Notes under the pieces: model-generated | The model's input: only the letters and a program-made list of their open reading frames with translations | What the model was told of the DNA's origin: nothing | The model's database searches: none | DNA from: Bugula neritina | Lineage: Eukaryota > Animalia > Bryozoa | Reading direction: 5' to 3' | NCBI GenBank assembly: GCA_964035545.1 | Contig: OZ037769.1 | Coordinates: forward strand, 2,976,001-3,040,000 | Length of the DNA stretch: 64,000 nucleotides | Translations under genes and position numbers: made by a program | In this document: piece after piece, positions 27,301 to 41,000 of the stretch | Layout of the letters: every line of letters begins with the position of its first letter | How positions within the stretch are numbered: position 1 is the stretch's first letter

Positions 27301-30300
27301 ATGATATAATATGTACACAATATAATATACATGATATAATATACGCAATATAATATACACAATATTATACATAATACAATATACACCATGTAGTATATAC
27401 ATTATATAATATGGTATACACAGTATAATATAACATACACGGTATAATCTAATATGTATACACAATATAGTATACATAGTACAGTACATGCAGTATATTG
27501 CATAGTAAAATATTGCAGTGTAAGAATATATTGCATTTAGTAATTTAAAGTATTACATAATGTGAAAGTTTTAATGTGAAATTTACACTAATATATTCTG
27601 TATGATTACATTTGAAACTGACAAACTATTTTGTAACAATACCCAATATATTGCGATTGGTTAAGCGCTAATGCAGTGCATTGAAATGATTGTCAAGTAG
27701 AAATTTACTTTTTGCTGAACCATTTTTGTTATAAGAAATAAAGTGAAAATATTGATATATATTTATGTATTTTATAGGATGTGCATATTTTATTTGTTGC
27801 AGTATTGGATAAAGGTGCCACTGATGTCTCCACATAGTTGTATAGATGCCGATACGATAGAATCTGAAGAGGTTATTGGGGACACGCCCACCAAACCAGC
27901 CAATGAGCAGAGCAGAGATACTTGGCACTGGTGAGACCTCACTGTATAGTTGATAGCGTGTTTGTAAGAGCTCTTTGCCGATTTACTTGGTAGAGGTTGA
28001 AATTTTTCTCTTTTTTAGTGATTAAACGGGAGTAATCGTGGTTAGTAGCCAATCAAATAGGTTTCATAGATTGATGTGAATCTGGCTTTTACCATATTGA
28101 GACCAAGAAGTATCCATTTCCAGTTTTGTTTAAAAGGTTTTACTTAAATTGAGACGCCAACACTTGCAAGTTGAGCACTCGTGGTTTCTTACTGACTTTT
28201 TAATGGAAGTTTTGAAAAAAAATACTATGCAAAATGTAAAAGTTGGTTCAAGCCTACAAATTTCGGTTTGTTACAATATATTGTTTCCTACTCTCAAATT
28301 GTTATGATCTTCAACATGAAACACAATATGCGAGAGATGTTTCCGCAGTTTTCTGAAAATCCTTGAAATGAATATGTTAGCCGTTTAAAGCTGGTATCGT
28401 GTAACAGGAGACTTGTTTTGGGGGAGGGGTTTCTGTTGTAACAAAACCTTTGAAATGAGATAATTTTTGAAAATGGTTAAAACTCGAGATTTGAAAGTTA
28501 TGGAGGCTGCCAAATGCACCTTCTAATAGTTTTCTCCAAGGCTACAGTGTGCTAGCTCCTACTTCCATTTGTTCTGTTTCCTTCAGAACAAGGTGAGCAG
28601 ATTTACACATCTGCACCACCAAGAGTTGTTGCCAAAATTAGTACTCCACTATTTCTGTGACAAACATTTAGCTCTTCATTGAGAACTTTTTCCAACGTCT
28701 CAAAAACTTGATGCACACTATTATGGTAAGATGGTGTCTTTTGTAAGAATGGGTTTAGAATAAGTTCAAGTATTCTAAATATAAGTTTAGGAAATTAAAT
28801 TAGGGTTATTTGGCTGAAATAGGTCCATGTGGGTTATATAATCTATTTATATAAATATATTTACCACCAACACTGGGTGCATACAGCCTGGAGATTTGCA
28901 TAACAAAGATGGGTTTTGGTGCATCTGTCTTAAAGCCGTTAGCCAGAATATCTCGACCTTCGTAGGAAGTTCAAGTTGTATATTTTACACACATAGCCTA
29001 TGGTACCTATACTATAATAGGTGCTAGATATCAAGATGACGGGAGGCGGGGAGTTACACACCGTGATGAATGTGCGTCTTTAGCCAAATAGCAAAATATC
29101 TCAGGGATGTGTGCAACTTGTCACATACCCAACACATGTATGCACATTACAAACACGTGCAGCAAGACGTGTCAGATCAAACACCCTGGAGGAATGTATT
29201 GTGAAATATGTACATAATATACCAAATAAAATAGCGTAGATATTGTGAAATATTTACATTTTACACTTTTTATCCAATATTGAATATGCGTGTTATTCAA
29301 CAAACCCATCTAGGCATGTAATTTGTTGAAGTTAATATCAACTGAGCACAGTAGCCTCTACACAGTTGAGTTTACTCTGCAAAGTTTAACTTGGTGATTT
29401 TAACATTTGTATGGTTTTTTGCATAAGTTAAAACTAATAATACCTGTTGTTTAAGTTTATGCATATCATTATTTACACACGTTTTATAATGCCATTTTTC
29501 TCCAGTTTATTATAATGCATTTAATATAATTCAGTGTTTTTGGCTCGTTTTGTATAAAAAATGTAATTAACATGCAAAAATTATGTTGTTAGCTAAGTTT
29601 CACGGAAAGGCTGTTTGCCCCCTGTCACAGGCTTGTACTGAATTGCCATTCTTCAATGCGGTAACCAATCAACCGGTAGTCACCTATTAATGCGGTTCTC
29701 GTTTAGTTCCTGATTTTAATAATAATTTTTTCTGGTATATTTATTAAATATTAATTAATTATTTTCTGGAAGAATGTTCTTCCAGAAAGTAATTAGTTGA
29801 AGTACTGCTGCTTAGAAACGAGTCGCAAGCAATACATTACCGCTGCAAGGTAGACCAGTCTGGCAGACTGCAGCTTGCAATAAATCACTAATTCTTCAAC
29901 GGAGCACACAAACCAATTTACTTGCGGACATTTCCTAAACTCATTCTTTGATGCTAGTTAGGACTTTAATTATTATGTTGCTAATTATTTTTTCTAGTTA
30001 CTAGTTTAAATTAGTTACATCTCAAATTGGATTGTATAATGCGATTTTAATAGATTTTTTCAGGCATTTCTGTCCCTATTTTGCATTGTGGGACAGCTAG
30101 CGTTGAAGACCTACTGCCTGAACAATTACCAACATATTTAATTTTCAAACAATTTTTTCAAGTTTAATAAAATATTTACCTGCGTACGTATTATTATTTA
30201 CCTGCGTATGTATCATTATTTCGCCATACAATAAAGAGTATTGAGAAATTCTATATCCTAATCCTTAAACAAGATAATCCAATAGGATACAAGTTTTAAG

Positions 30301-33005
30301 AGATTTGATATGCTGTTCAAGATTTATATGACTCTTCTAACTGTATACGCATGTTCCGTAATATCCACAGCACACACGTGTATCTATGCCCTTTCGTAGA
30401 TGATAGCCTATGTGTACATGTGCTACAACACAAGTGTGCATCTCATTACTCTAGGTGGAACACCTTCAGGACTCTATCAAATCGGTTAAAGTGTGTGTCG
30501 CTGTGTCTGGAGGTGACTGAAGACCTACCATCAGATGCCGAGGTAGACAGGTGGTACGGTGAACCAATCAAGTCTGTCATGCTGCCAACTTCTATCTTCA
30601 TATGCAACAGGAAAGGTTACCCAGTACTCAGTGCTGCTCATCAGAAGTTTCTTTTCAAGTTCTTCAAGGTCAGTGAACTCTACGTGGTCTTCTCTTCTCC
30701 AGCTAAAACCAAGCGCTGGTACTAAAGTACTGCTCTGATATTACTGGTACTCTAGTGCTTCTCTGATACTGCTGGTACTCTAGTGCTGCTCCGATACTGC
30801 TGGTACTATTTTGCTGCTACTGGTGCTAGTGCTACTCCTTAGGTTTCTATATCTTTTTCTCTTCCGAATGCCACTTTCTTCTAGTCTGGCTAGCATTTTT
30901 TTGGATCGCGGTCACTATATCTCTTTAGCTTCTCATAGTTAGCTGAAAACTGTTACCCTCATATATTTGCATTTCATGAAACTTTGTATAAACAACTAGC
31001 GTGTCTTGCATTGTTGTAGTATTTAATTAAACAGAAATTTTTCTTGCTACAGTAGTCTGAGAATCTTGCTTGTAAGGCTTTAAATATGTCCTTTTCTGAG
31101 AATTGCTGAGAGTTGTGTTCTCATTGTTACAATAGTATTAAAATGAGTAGTTTTTAAATTGTCTTTGTATCAATATACTAGGGATGATTGATAAAGGAAA
31201 TACAACTTCCAACAACACTCACTGCCGCCTATTCACCCTATCAACTCGGTCATAATCTTGTTACTTTTCCACTCTCTTTCCTCAGTCTGCTTACTTTCTC
31301 TGTATTTATAACCACTAATAGTTTTAAATACTTTTCAGTGACTAATATTTTCTGGAAGTAAATTACTAGAGCCTTTGGTACAATGTTAGGACTTTAGGTT
31401 TTGTGAATACTTGCCTGGTACTCATGCTACAGTGGTATAAGCATCTAATGCATAATATTATTCACTAATCAGTCATACGAGGTGTATATGCAACATGTAT
31501 ATATTATAATATTCATAACGTAATTATAATACATATGATGAGTACACTAACTGTACTCATTGTCAAATGATTTAGTTATGCTAATTCGCTCATACCTAAT
31601 GACTTCTTTATGCTGTAATAAATTACAACACACATGATACTGGCTTTGATATTTTAATTTAAGCACCATTCTATGCTTTCTCTTAACTATGGTAATGCAT
31701 TTTATTGAAATATGTAATTAATTAGTCGCATTACTGCATAAAATTGACATTTTTCTTGGGATTTCTTCAAACCTGCTTTCAGCTGCAGTCCTTACCTTGT
31801 GAATGTAACTGAAGAATTGATTTAATTGAGATGCCTGGGAAAGAACCCTACAGTTTAGTGCTGGTACAGATGGACTACTTCGTTCTCTATGCAGTTCAAT
31901 AGGTCACACCCTCAAGTTGTCTTGTGCTGAGAGCATGTGTTTATATTTCTTAGTGCAGAAAAGAGACCACTTTTTTTGTTGAAAATGAATATAATTTATA
32001 CATTACAGCTGAATATTATATGTTACAGCTTAATATTATATGTTACAGCTTAATATTATATGTTACAGCTTAATATTATATGTTGCAGCTTAATATTATA
32101 TGTTACAGCTTAATATTATATGTTGCAGCTTAACATTTTATGTTACAGCTAAATAATATACATTACAAAAAAGATTATGTGTTGCAGCTAAAAACTATAC
32201 GTAGCAGTTGAATGTTATACATTACAGCTAAATACTATATGCTATAGCTAAATATATTATACATTACAGCTGAATACTGTATGCTACAGCTGAATATTAT
32301 ACATTACAGCTGAATATATTATACATTACAGCTGGGTATACAAGTGATACTTAGCGGGGCTCCATTACATGACAGAGGTATGTTGGTATATCAGCAGTAC
32401 ATAGACCACCTGTATCGGCAGCAGGAACCAAATGACATCGTCACTCAGTTCTCTAAGGGATACGAAGATTACCTGCAGTGTCCTTTACAGGTTCACATTC
32501 TCTACATCCAACTTTACAGGATGATATATTATTGTATGAGTGATTGCGTAACTATGACAATGGAAGATGCTTCTTTATTTTGGTTGTGTACAGTGTAATG
32601 ATGAAATTTCGGTTATTCGACTAATCTTTATTAAACTCATTTGCTTGTTACTAGTTATCTTTTTTTGCAAAAGTCTCTATATAATTATTTTCAGCCATTG
32701 TTTATGTCATAAGTATGACATAACTGTCTACACTTCTTCGTTATGCAATAGCAGTGTCTTACTCATGCAGGAGTGATTATCTGGTATAGAGTTGTCTTCC
32801 CTATTAATCAGATTGAATCCTGTTTTATCTGTAAGTATTATAATTGTAGCCTCTGATGGACAACTTAGAATCTCAAACTTACGAAACTTTTGAAAAAGAT
32901 CCAATCAAATACGTCAAATATGAAGAGGTAGCGCTCAAGTTTCTCCATTTTATTATCATTCTTTTTCTACATGTTCACTGTAAACAACAAATACTACTGC
33001 TACTG

Positions 33006-33082
<77 letters not shown>

Positions 33083-33129
33083 GCTACTACTACTACTACT
33101 ACTGCTACTACTACTACTACTACTGCTAT

Positions 33130-33184
<55 letters not shown>

Positions 33185-33228
33185 GCTACTACTACTACTA
33201 CTGCTACTACTACTACTACTACTGCTAT

Positions 33229-33268
<40 letters not shown>

Positions 33269-33312
33269 GCTACTACTACTACTACTACTACCACTACTAC
33301 TACTACTACTAG

Positions 33313-33374
<62 letters not shown>

Positions 33375-33449
33375 GTACTACTACTACTACTACCACTGCT
33401 ACTACTACTACTACTACCACTACCACTACCACCACTACTACTACCACTG

Positions 33450-33486
<37 letters not shown>

Positions 33487-36440
33487 CACTGCTACTGCTA
33501 CTACTAACATACCCACTTTTTATGACTTGCTGACTTATTCACTCACTTTTAGGCTGTTTACAATGCACTGTTGGATAGAGTTCCTGAGAGTGAGAAGTCT
33601 TCTACTACTACGTAAGTTAGAATCTCATCTCATGTTTACTCTTACCGTATGTATGATATGCAATGATGATATGCTAAGTCGTTTTTATTTTGTTTTCATA
33701 TTCTAGGTATTAAATTTTTGTTTATTGAAGCCTATGTTTCTCTATACAGGGTAGTGATGGTTGTGGGGGCTGGCAGGGGGCCCCTCGTAAGAGCTAGTTT
33801 GAGAGCAGCTAAAAAGGCAAATCGAAAGATCAAAGTTTTTGCTGTAGAAAAGAACCCGAATGCTGTCATCACGTGTGTATACTTTATAGTCTGTGTCACA
33901 CTATTCTAGTAATACACGGATATCCTAGTAATGTTGGTTATTGAATGTAGGAGGACATAACTCCAAAACTGTTACACTCGCCGACAGATTATCAATGAAA
34001 TATATTTTATAGACTGGGCTCATTACAAACAACCTCCGTCTAGTTATTTTCATTGTAATATTTGTGATATGTTGGGATCACAGGCTAGAGAACATGCAGT
34101 GCTACGAGTGGGGAGATCAGGTCACTGTTGTGTCATGTGATATGAGGGATTGGACGGCCCCCGAGAAGGCGGATATTCTTGTCAGTGAACTCCTGGGGTC
34201 ATTCGGAGACAACGAGCTCTCACCCGAGTGTCTTGATGGAGCTCAGAAGTATTTGAAGGGTAATTTGTTACTTTCGACTCAGCCACTATGACTCAGTTAC
34301 TGTGACTAAATCATACTGACTCAGTCACAGTAACTGAGTCACAGTGACCCGATCACTAGGACTCTTTCATCTTTCACTGTGACTGAGTCTCAGTGACTCT
34401 ACCATAGCACTATACTCTTTACTGTGACCTAGACGCAGTATTAGATGCTAATGTAATGTGAAATCAGCTCAAATACTTCACTATAGCCACACCACTGCTT
34501 TACCTCTACCACTTCTATTGTGTGCTTTATTGTAAATGATGTGAGCGGGTAGAAGCCTTATTGCAGAGGCTAGTGCCCTCTGGTGTCAGCAAACATATAC
34601 TATATGCTATCATATACTGGTTTAGTGTACTGAAAAGTAGCTATTCACCTGGCCAGCATTATACCTGTCAGTGTTTATAAGAGTTCACTTACTCTTATGT
34701 TTGAATAATATGCTATTTCTGTACATTGACCAGATATATTTAGAGAGAAGACAACTTTTCTTTGTAATTGCGTTTTTTAAATACAATTTTGATAGATTCA
34801 TGACTCTGTTTATTTATCTTGTTGTAATATTTCAGTTGGTTTATTACTACTGCTTGACATACATGTGTAAATACTCTAGCTATCCAAGTATTATTATATT
34901 TGATTTCATTTTGGAGTTGTCTCATCTCATTAACAAATACAAATGTTTACAACTGTAGATGATGGCATCAGCATACCCTGTTCCTACACCTCATGGCTTG
35001 CGCCTATGCAATGTCCTAAACTACACTCAGAAGTGCGCGCCACTCGCGATAAAGACAAACACCCGGATGTACGTTTACATTTTGCAGTTTGTTAGTTATA
35101 TACATCTAGTAATTTGTGGATATTGGTATTAGGAACCTTGGGTTAGCACAATGCGGTCTTGTGGCTATTTCAGTTAGATGATGCTGTATTGTACTCATTT
35201 GAAGTGTTCTGTATATGTATACATGTACTCTACTTTAATGCAGTACCACCCCCCCCTCCCCACTGTGCACTCTAATTTCTACTCTATCATTCATTTTAAT
35301 ATTTATTTCTGCTGCCGCTTTAGACCTGTTTCGAGATGCCGTATGTTGTGAGACTACACAACTGTCACATCCTGTCTGAACCTGTCCCAGTCTTCACCTT
35401 CACACATCCCAACCAAGGTATGTCTCCCCAGTGCGGGGGCTAGCAACCCCCTTCTCCCATCTGGCTTGCCCCTCGTCTACACCCATGCTACTCAATATTC
35501 TCACTATTAATATTCGATTTAACATATTTCTATCAACATAATTTTAATGTTCTCTTTCTGTAATCGATTGATTGATTAATTTATTACATATCACAGACAT
35601 GAAAACACGTTGCGAAATTCAGTGTAAATCATCAGATGCATTTTTTCAGTTATATTGATTTTTCACCATTTATTGCTGTTACTGATTCAATTATCTCCCA
35701 CTGCATGTTTATTGTTGCGCAGGGGATGTGAGTAATGAGAGGTACGGCAGCTTCTCGTTTGAGATCTCCATGGATACGGTACTCCACGGGTTCGCTGGTT
35801 ACTTTGACACTGTCCTCTATAAGGAATCAGTCCTCAGTGAGCTCCTTACTTTTCTGTCTCTGCATACAAAGAGTTGTCTTCTCCTGAACATGTTTGTAAC
35901 GGAATAGCAGAGAAGTAAGACTGTAAAAGAGTAATGATTTTTAATGGTGGTTTAATTGTATTCTAGGTATTGTTCCCAAGACTCACTCTCCGGGCATGTT
36001 TAGCTGGTTCCCTATCTACTTTCCATTGAAGGTACAGTCTCATTTCTATCTCGTTTAATTTTTACTAAGTAACCAATTACTAGTGATGACATCATTTCCT
36101 TCTGCACAATGTTTCAAACCTCATCTATATTTTTACTCAAATTTTCTCAAGCCTCTATTTTCATTATCAAACTCGCCAGTTAGAGAATTCAAACACTGCT
36201 CTTTCTTTTTAGTCTCTGTACACGTCTGTTACAAAGTTAACCAATCACTACATCCTTTGATAACAACGTTGTCTGCTCCTTCTGTAGACTCCAGTACAAG
36301 TTACCGCCGGCTCCAGGGTCACAGTTCACATGTGGAGGAGAGTTTCTAGTAAAAACGTGTGGTATGAATGGACCATCTCTGAACCCCACCCTCTCAATAT
36401 CCACAACCCCAAGGGTAGATCTTACACTATCGGCTTATAG
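24372..36440 (+). CDS. PRMT5: Protein arginine N-methyltransferase 5
   Basis: 16 exons: 24372-24460, 25473-25591, 26697-26782, 27024-27155, 27803-27930, 30455-30668, 32332-32490, 32850-32927, 33553-33611, 33750-33872, 34084-34259, 34959-35068, 35324-35417, 35723-35836, 35967-36031, 36288-36440. Motifs [87 protein letters not shown]. Confidence 0.96.
25645..25845 (+). mobile_element. Probable tRNA-derived SINE (decayed)
   Basis: A-box-like TGGTCTAGGGG (25656) and B-box-like GGTTCTAACCC (25700) at tRNA-like spacing, followed by a TTGGTGATGTTAGGAAGAGCATCC segment resembling central domains of invertebrate SINEs (from memory). End boundary is approximate. Confidence 0.5.
27162..27490. repeat. 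13-bp minisatellite (AATATAATATACA-like)
   Basis: Directly visible in PRMT5 intron 4. Confidence 0.85.
30716..30838. repeat. 27-bp tandem repeat (gctggtactctagtgctgctctgatact-like)
   Basis: About 4 imperfect copies in PRMT5 intron 6. Confidence 0.7.
31991..32333 (+). repeat. ~20-bp tandem repeat containing the PRMT5 exon-7 acceptor
   Basis: Roughly 16 copies of TAATATTATATGTTACAG|CT; the last copy is the functional acceptor (exon starts 32332). Confidence 0.85.
32991..33507. repeat. (CTA)n microsatellite, ~500 bp
   Basis: Directly visible in PRMT5 intron 8. Confidence 0.97.
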
Positions 36441-38025
36441 TCGCACTGATACACTAAAATACTGACATAATGCTAGTCAAGGCGCTCCTTTGCACATTGC
36501 CCTATGTTATTCATGGATAAACAGTCTAATTGCTATAACAACCACATGTTTTATGTCTAGCATTGAAATGCTTAGTGCTCTTTACTTTGCTGCCCTCACA
36601 TTGAATTGAATAGCAGAGATATTCTTGTGTTGTGTAAATTTACTATATTAGGCTGCGCTTTGCAATGATTATTGGCAGTTCAATAACTTTACAGACCAAA
36701 GTTGGTACCTTTTTACTGTTTGAAGTTTTAGCATACATTTTATTGTCAATCACTTTGAATGAGTTAAAAAACTAAGAAGTATCAATTGTAATAACATAGA
36801 AAGTATTACAATAAAAATAATTGAAATGAAAATGCAACATTGATATAAGCAGTGCTAGCATGGCATTGTGGTTAAATAGCGAAAGTTGGAGTTAGCAAAG
36901 AATTGGTAGCAGTGAAACTCGCAGCAGAAAAAGTAACAGTGAAGGTTGTTGCAGTGCTAGTATTATTACTGGACTATATAAATAGTAAAAAGACAGACAT
37001 GTTAGTAAACAATGGAAACATAGATGACAAAGACTACAAAAATACTACGTCGCAAGCTAAATATCGCAGAGGACTACATATAGCAGTAGCAATAGTCTAA
37101 TTCAAAGCATTAGAGTTGTGTGCACCACACCTTACCACTCGCAAGAGTCACTATTAGTGTTGTCTTCACCTGGTATTTGTACAAAAGAGACATAAACTAA
37201 TAGTTGGTGCATGAAGAATATCAGTTCTGTTTACACGGGAGTCATTGTGGGTCGCACAATGCCATAGCTACAGACAAGTTTCAACATAAAAATTTGATTC
37301 GAAAGCTAAGTTTAAGACATTGACAGTGTTGCTATGCAACCGTTACTTCACGCACATGCTTGTGTTCTTACCCGCACTAACATGATTTAATGTGAGCTGC
37401 AGAAAAGGCCAGAGGTAATCCGTAAATATAGTCATTAACAATTTTAACAAGCTTATGTCATGTATACGGAATTTTTGGAGAAAGTAAAGCAACTCCTAAA
37501 ATAATGAAGTATCCGAGAATCTTGTTTGGAATTTCACATATCTAGTAAAGTGTGGTGTGCAGATACTAACAACAAGTTATGGGAAAAGGCATAGCAGCAG
37601 GACTACGTGTGTCGCACTGATTAATGCAAGGAAGATGTTACAAAGATAAAAGCCGTGCACTGCAGCGAGTTTGCAAGAAAAGTGAAACTAATTAATGCAA
37701 TATCACCAGCTCTGCACCTTGTCCTACCCATAATCTGTTGAAAGTACTGCAGTCACTCATTCATTGTAATTTACACGATTTATTCGTTCCATGCATTACT
37801 GTGGTTGACTCAATTTTTGGTTCACTGGTAATGGCCCTGTGGCTGGCAGTAGCAGGATTAGCTGTCAGCTGCCCCACAGTTTCAGTTTGCTGATTGGATA
37901 AGCCTATCAATGAATTAAAGTTGGCCATCAATGTATGTAAAAAGCATGTACTCATTGAGATAAATACTAAAGTAAATACTATTCAGTGTTGACACTAAGT
38001 ACTAAGGGTAACATTATAGGCACTG

Positions 38026-41000
38026 CTACTCGTCTAAAGAAGAATATCGCTGAGATTTGCTCCGCCTAGATTTTGATCTCCTAGCGCCATGATTAGTGCC
38101 GGGCGTATCAATGTTTGCCAACATAGAATAATGGGATTCATACACACCTGAAGGTGTTGAATCACTAGGGTACGAGTAGCGTTCGCTATCGATTCTGCTT
38201 GTCCGGTTTCTCTCTCTTCTGCGGCGGCGTCGTTGAGTGGCAGAATCGTCATCAGGTCGTTGTCGCTCATTTTCATCAAAACTACTTTGGTGGACCGTGT
38301 ATCGTGATTGGTGGGCTGTCTCGCAGTTCTCCAATGTGATTGGCTCATGAACTGTTGCCTGAAAAAAGCAGTCAGTTTGAACTTCTTCTTCTACAGTTAA
38401 TTTGACAGTGGTGTTTGTTTCTGCATCTTTTGCTTTCTCCATACTCTGATCTGTTTGTACTTCGGCGTGTGAAATGTAATCTTCTATGTTGAAACCTTCT
38501 TTGCCTTCATTGAAACTGATAGCTCGTCTGGCCGCGGACAACAGCGGCCTTTCACTGTCCAATATGTAACCCATGTCTATTGAACCTGGCACATAGTGGA
38601 TAATTTTAGTCGCAGTTGGTGGTAGGTCGCTAATTACAGATTTCCCCAGCATCTCAAGCTTTTCCTGCACTTCTTTCTTGAGTAGTAACAGTTCCATGTC
38701 TTTGCCTTTCACCACCAGATCTGTGAGCTGAACTGTGCTCCTCAGGGCATCGTGGTTTGCCTGCAGCTCGTCCTTGTTCTCAATAAGTTTCATCGTCTCA
38801 GGGCCATAAATATTGTGGATCTCTTCTATAAGAATCTTCTCTCTGTTGCGTATTTCTGCAATCATATCAATGGTAACATCTCGTATCTGCTTTTCCGCGT
38901 TTCTGATAGTAGTTTCACATGTATCGACAATCTGTAGTTGCTCGTCAAACTTAGTCAGTTTTTGTTTACAGTCAACCAGTAAGTTCTCAATGTTCCCTTT
39001 GTACTTTTTTACAGCGTCACTGAATTGCGCTATGTCGTGATCTTTATGATCATTAAAAGTGCAAAGAATGCATATTGCTGTCTCGCAACTTTCACAATAA
39101 AATCTCACGACTTCATCACTATGCTCTTTGCATTCAATCTCTTTCTCTATCTCTACGTCAAAGATGTTATGGTTCCTGGTCACCTGTAGCAATTCAAACA
39201 TTGGTTTAGTACATTGTCATGAAATTACGTATAGTTTCCGTTATCTCACTGAGTACAGATTCATGGATAATTCTAAAGTATCTGATTAGGTGATTCACAA
39301 TTTTTATAATTGTTCCGTAAAGCACTCCACCTGATCATCACAAATGAGATTTTGTAGTTACTGTTCTAAATAGAAAGCATTAAGTAACTAAAGCCTACAG
39401 GCAGCTCTTACTACATACTAATGGGAGGTTAGGAAATTTCTAATTATTTTCAGGTATTTGTTTATGCTGGGTGAGATTTATTAGGCAACTAAATTGCGCT
39501 CTAAAATGTTATATATAGGATAATTGTTAAACATGTGCAACCTAAAATTAACCTCAGGATGAAAATATTTATTCCATCACTTATTCCATTGCTTCATCAT
39601 TCATATGCATGTTTTTATTTAGTTGCTCACCATACTAATGTCAACAGGAAGTCTATATAGCTGTTCTAATACTCACCTTTGTGTCTAAATGCTGCTCTAC
39701 GCAACTCTTGCATAGCAACTTGTTGCAGTCCAAACATTTAGATGACGCCTCGTTGTGTTTCCTGCTTACTAGCTTGCATATATCACAGAATGGATATTTT
39801 GACGGTTTCTGTCGATCAATCACCTCGGTAAGACTAGACACCAGAAAGTTGTCTGGTAGTTTTCTAACGCCCCCTAGTGGTAAGGTTGTTCGCTTCCGGC
39901 AAAGAGGGCAGGTGAATTCGCGATAGTCGCTATACTTCTTATAGGATCCCTCGGAGTTGGCGTGACTTTCTATGCAGTCTTCACAGAACGTGTGCAGACA
40001 GTTGAGACTCTTAGGATTGGTGAATCCGTCCAGGCAGATCTTGCAGCAAAGGAACTCCTCGTGTATCTGCTGAGCCAGCATTCCATTCTTACTCACACCA
40101 ACCACCGGCATCTTTTTATTCTCCTCAATGATTGCTGAGGATCTGTTGTCTAGCAGAGGGGATGACGCGTAGTGCCCCCGAGCTCTTCTGGTTGATTCAG
40201 TTGGACTGGAGGAATGCGGACTTCCTCTCAAGTCACTTCTTGTGTGTCTAAAATCAGAAGAGCATGACTCTTAAATTATGTTTCAGAATTGCACTCATTC
40301 TGCTAGTTGTAACATCTGGCCAACTCATTCTCCAAACCCAAACATATAAATCCAATATGACAAAGGAAGCTTCTAGAGTTGAACAGAATGAATGTTCCTT
40401 GACAATCTAAATATGAGATCCAGTAAATTTGTTTACTAATTTGAATATTTAAATAGTCAATACCTTCCAGTGGGTGAACCTACTTATTTACCCTACATCA
40501 TAGGTTATTGGCACAATAATGAATTTAGCCTCACATAAATGATGCAGTGCTGTTTTGAAAAAATAAATCTCTTATGGAAATAGGAAGAGTTTTCATCACC
40601 GACATCAAAAGATGTCATCATCTGAAATGTTTAGAAGTTAAACACTATTTTGGTGGGCATGTATTACAGATGGAAAACAGATTGAATTCTATGTAAACCT
40701 TTTGCTGTAACCGCCACTGCTATTCACCTTGATATAGCTATCTTAGCTTGAGGAAGTTTTACTGGTGTAGTAAGTACTATTAGACATTGAATATTCCTTC
40801 ATGAGCTAAAGGTCATAATGTACTAGCTACTACAGAGAGCAATCTCAATATATACTGAGCGAGTGAGCCATGATGCACAATATATTGCTTTCAGTCAACC
40901 AATAAGAAATTGCAAGATCTTAATTTAGGCCAAGATTACTACAGTCATATAATGGCCTATTGCCTTAAACAGCAATTTTCTCAGCACAGCTTCTGTGACA

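Noticed and set aside
26950-27489. 179-aa minus-strand ORF
   Set aside because: Minisatellite plus the antisense of PRMT5 exon 4.
32856-33533. Poly-Leu / poly-Val / poly-Tyr ORFs
   Set aside because: Read-through of PRMT5 exon 8 into the intronic (CTA)n microsatellite; the donor at 32928 removes it.
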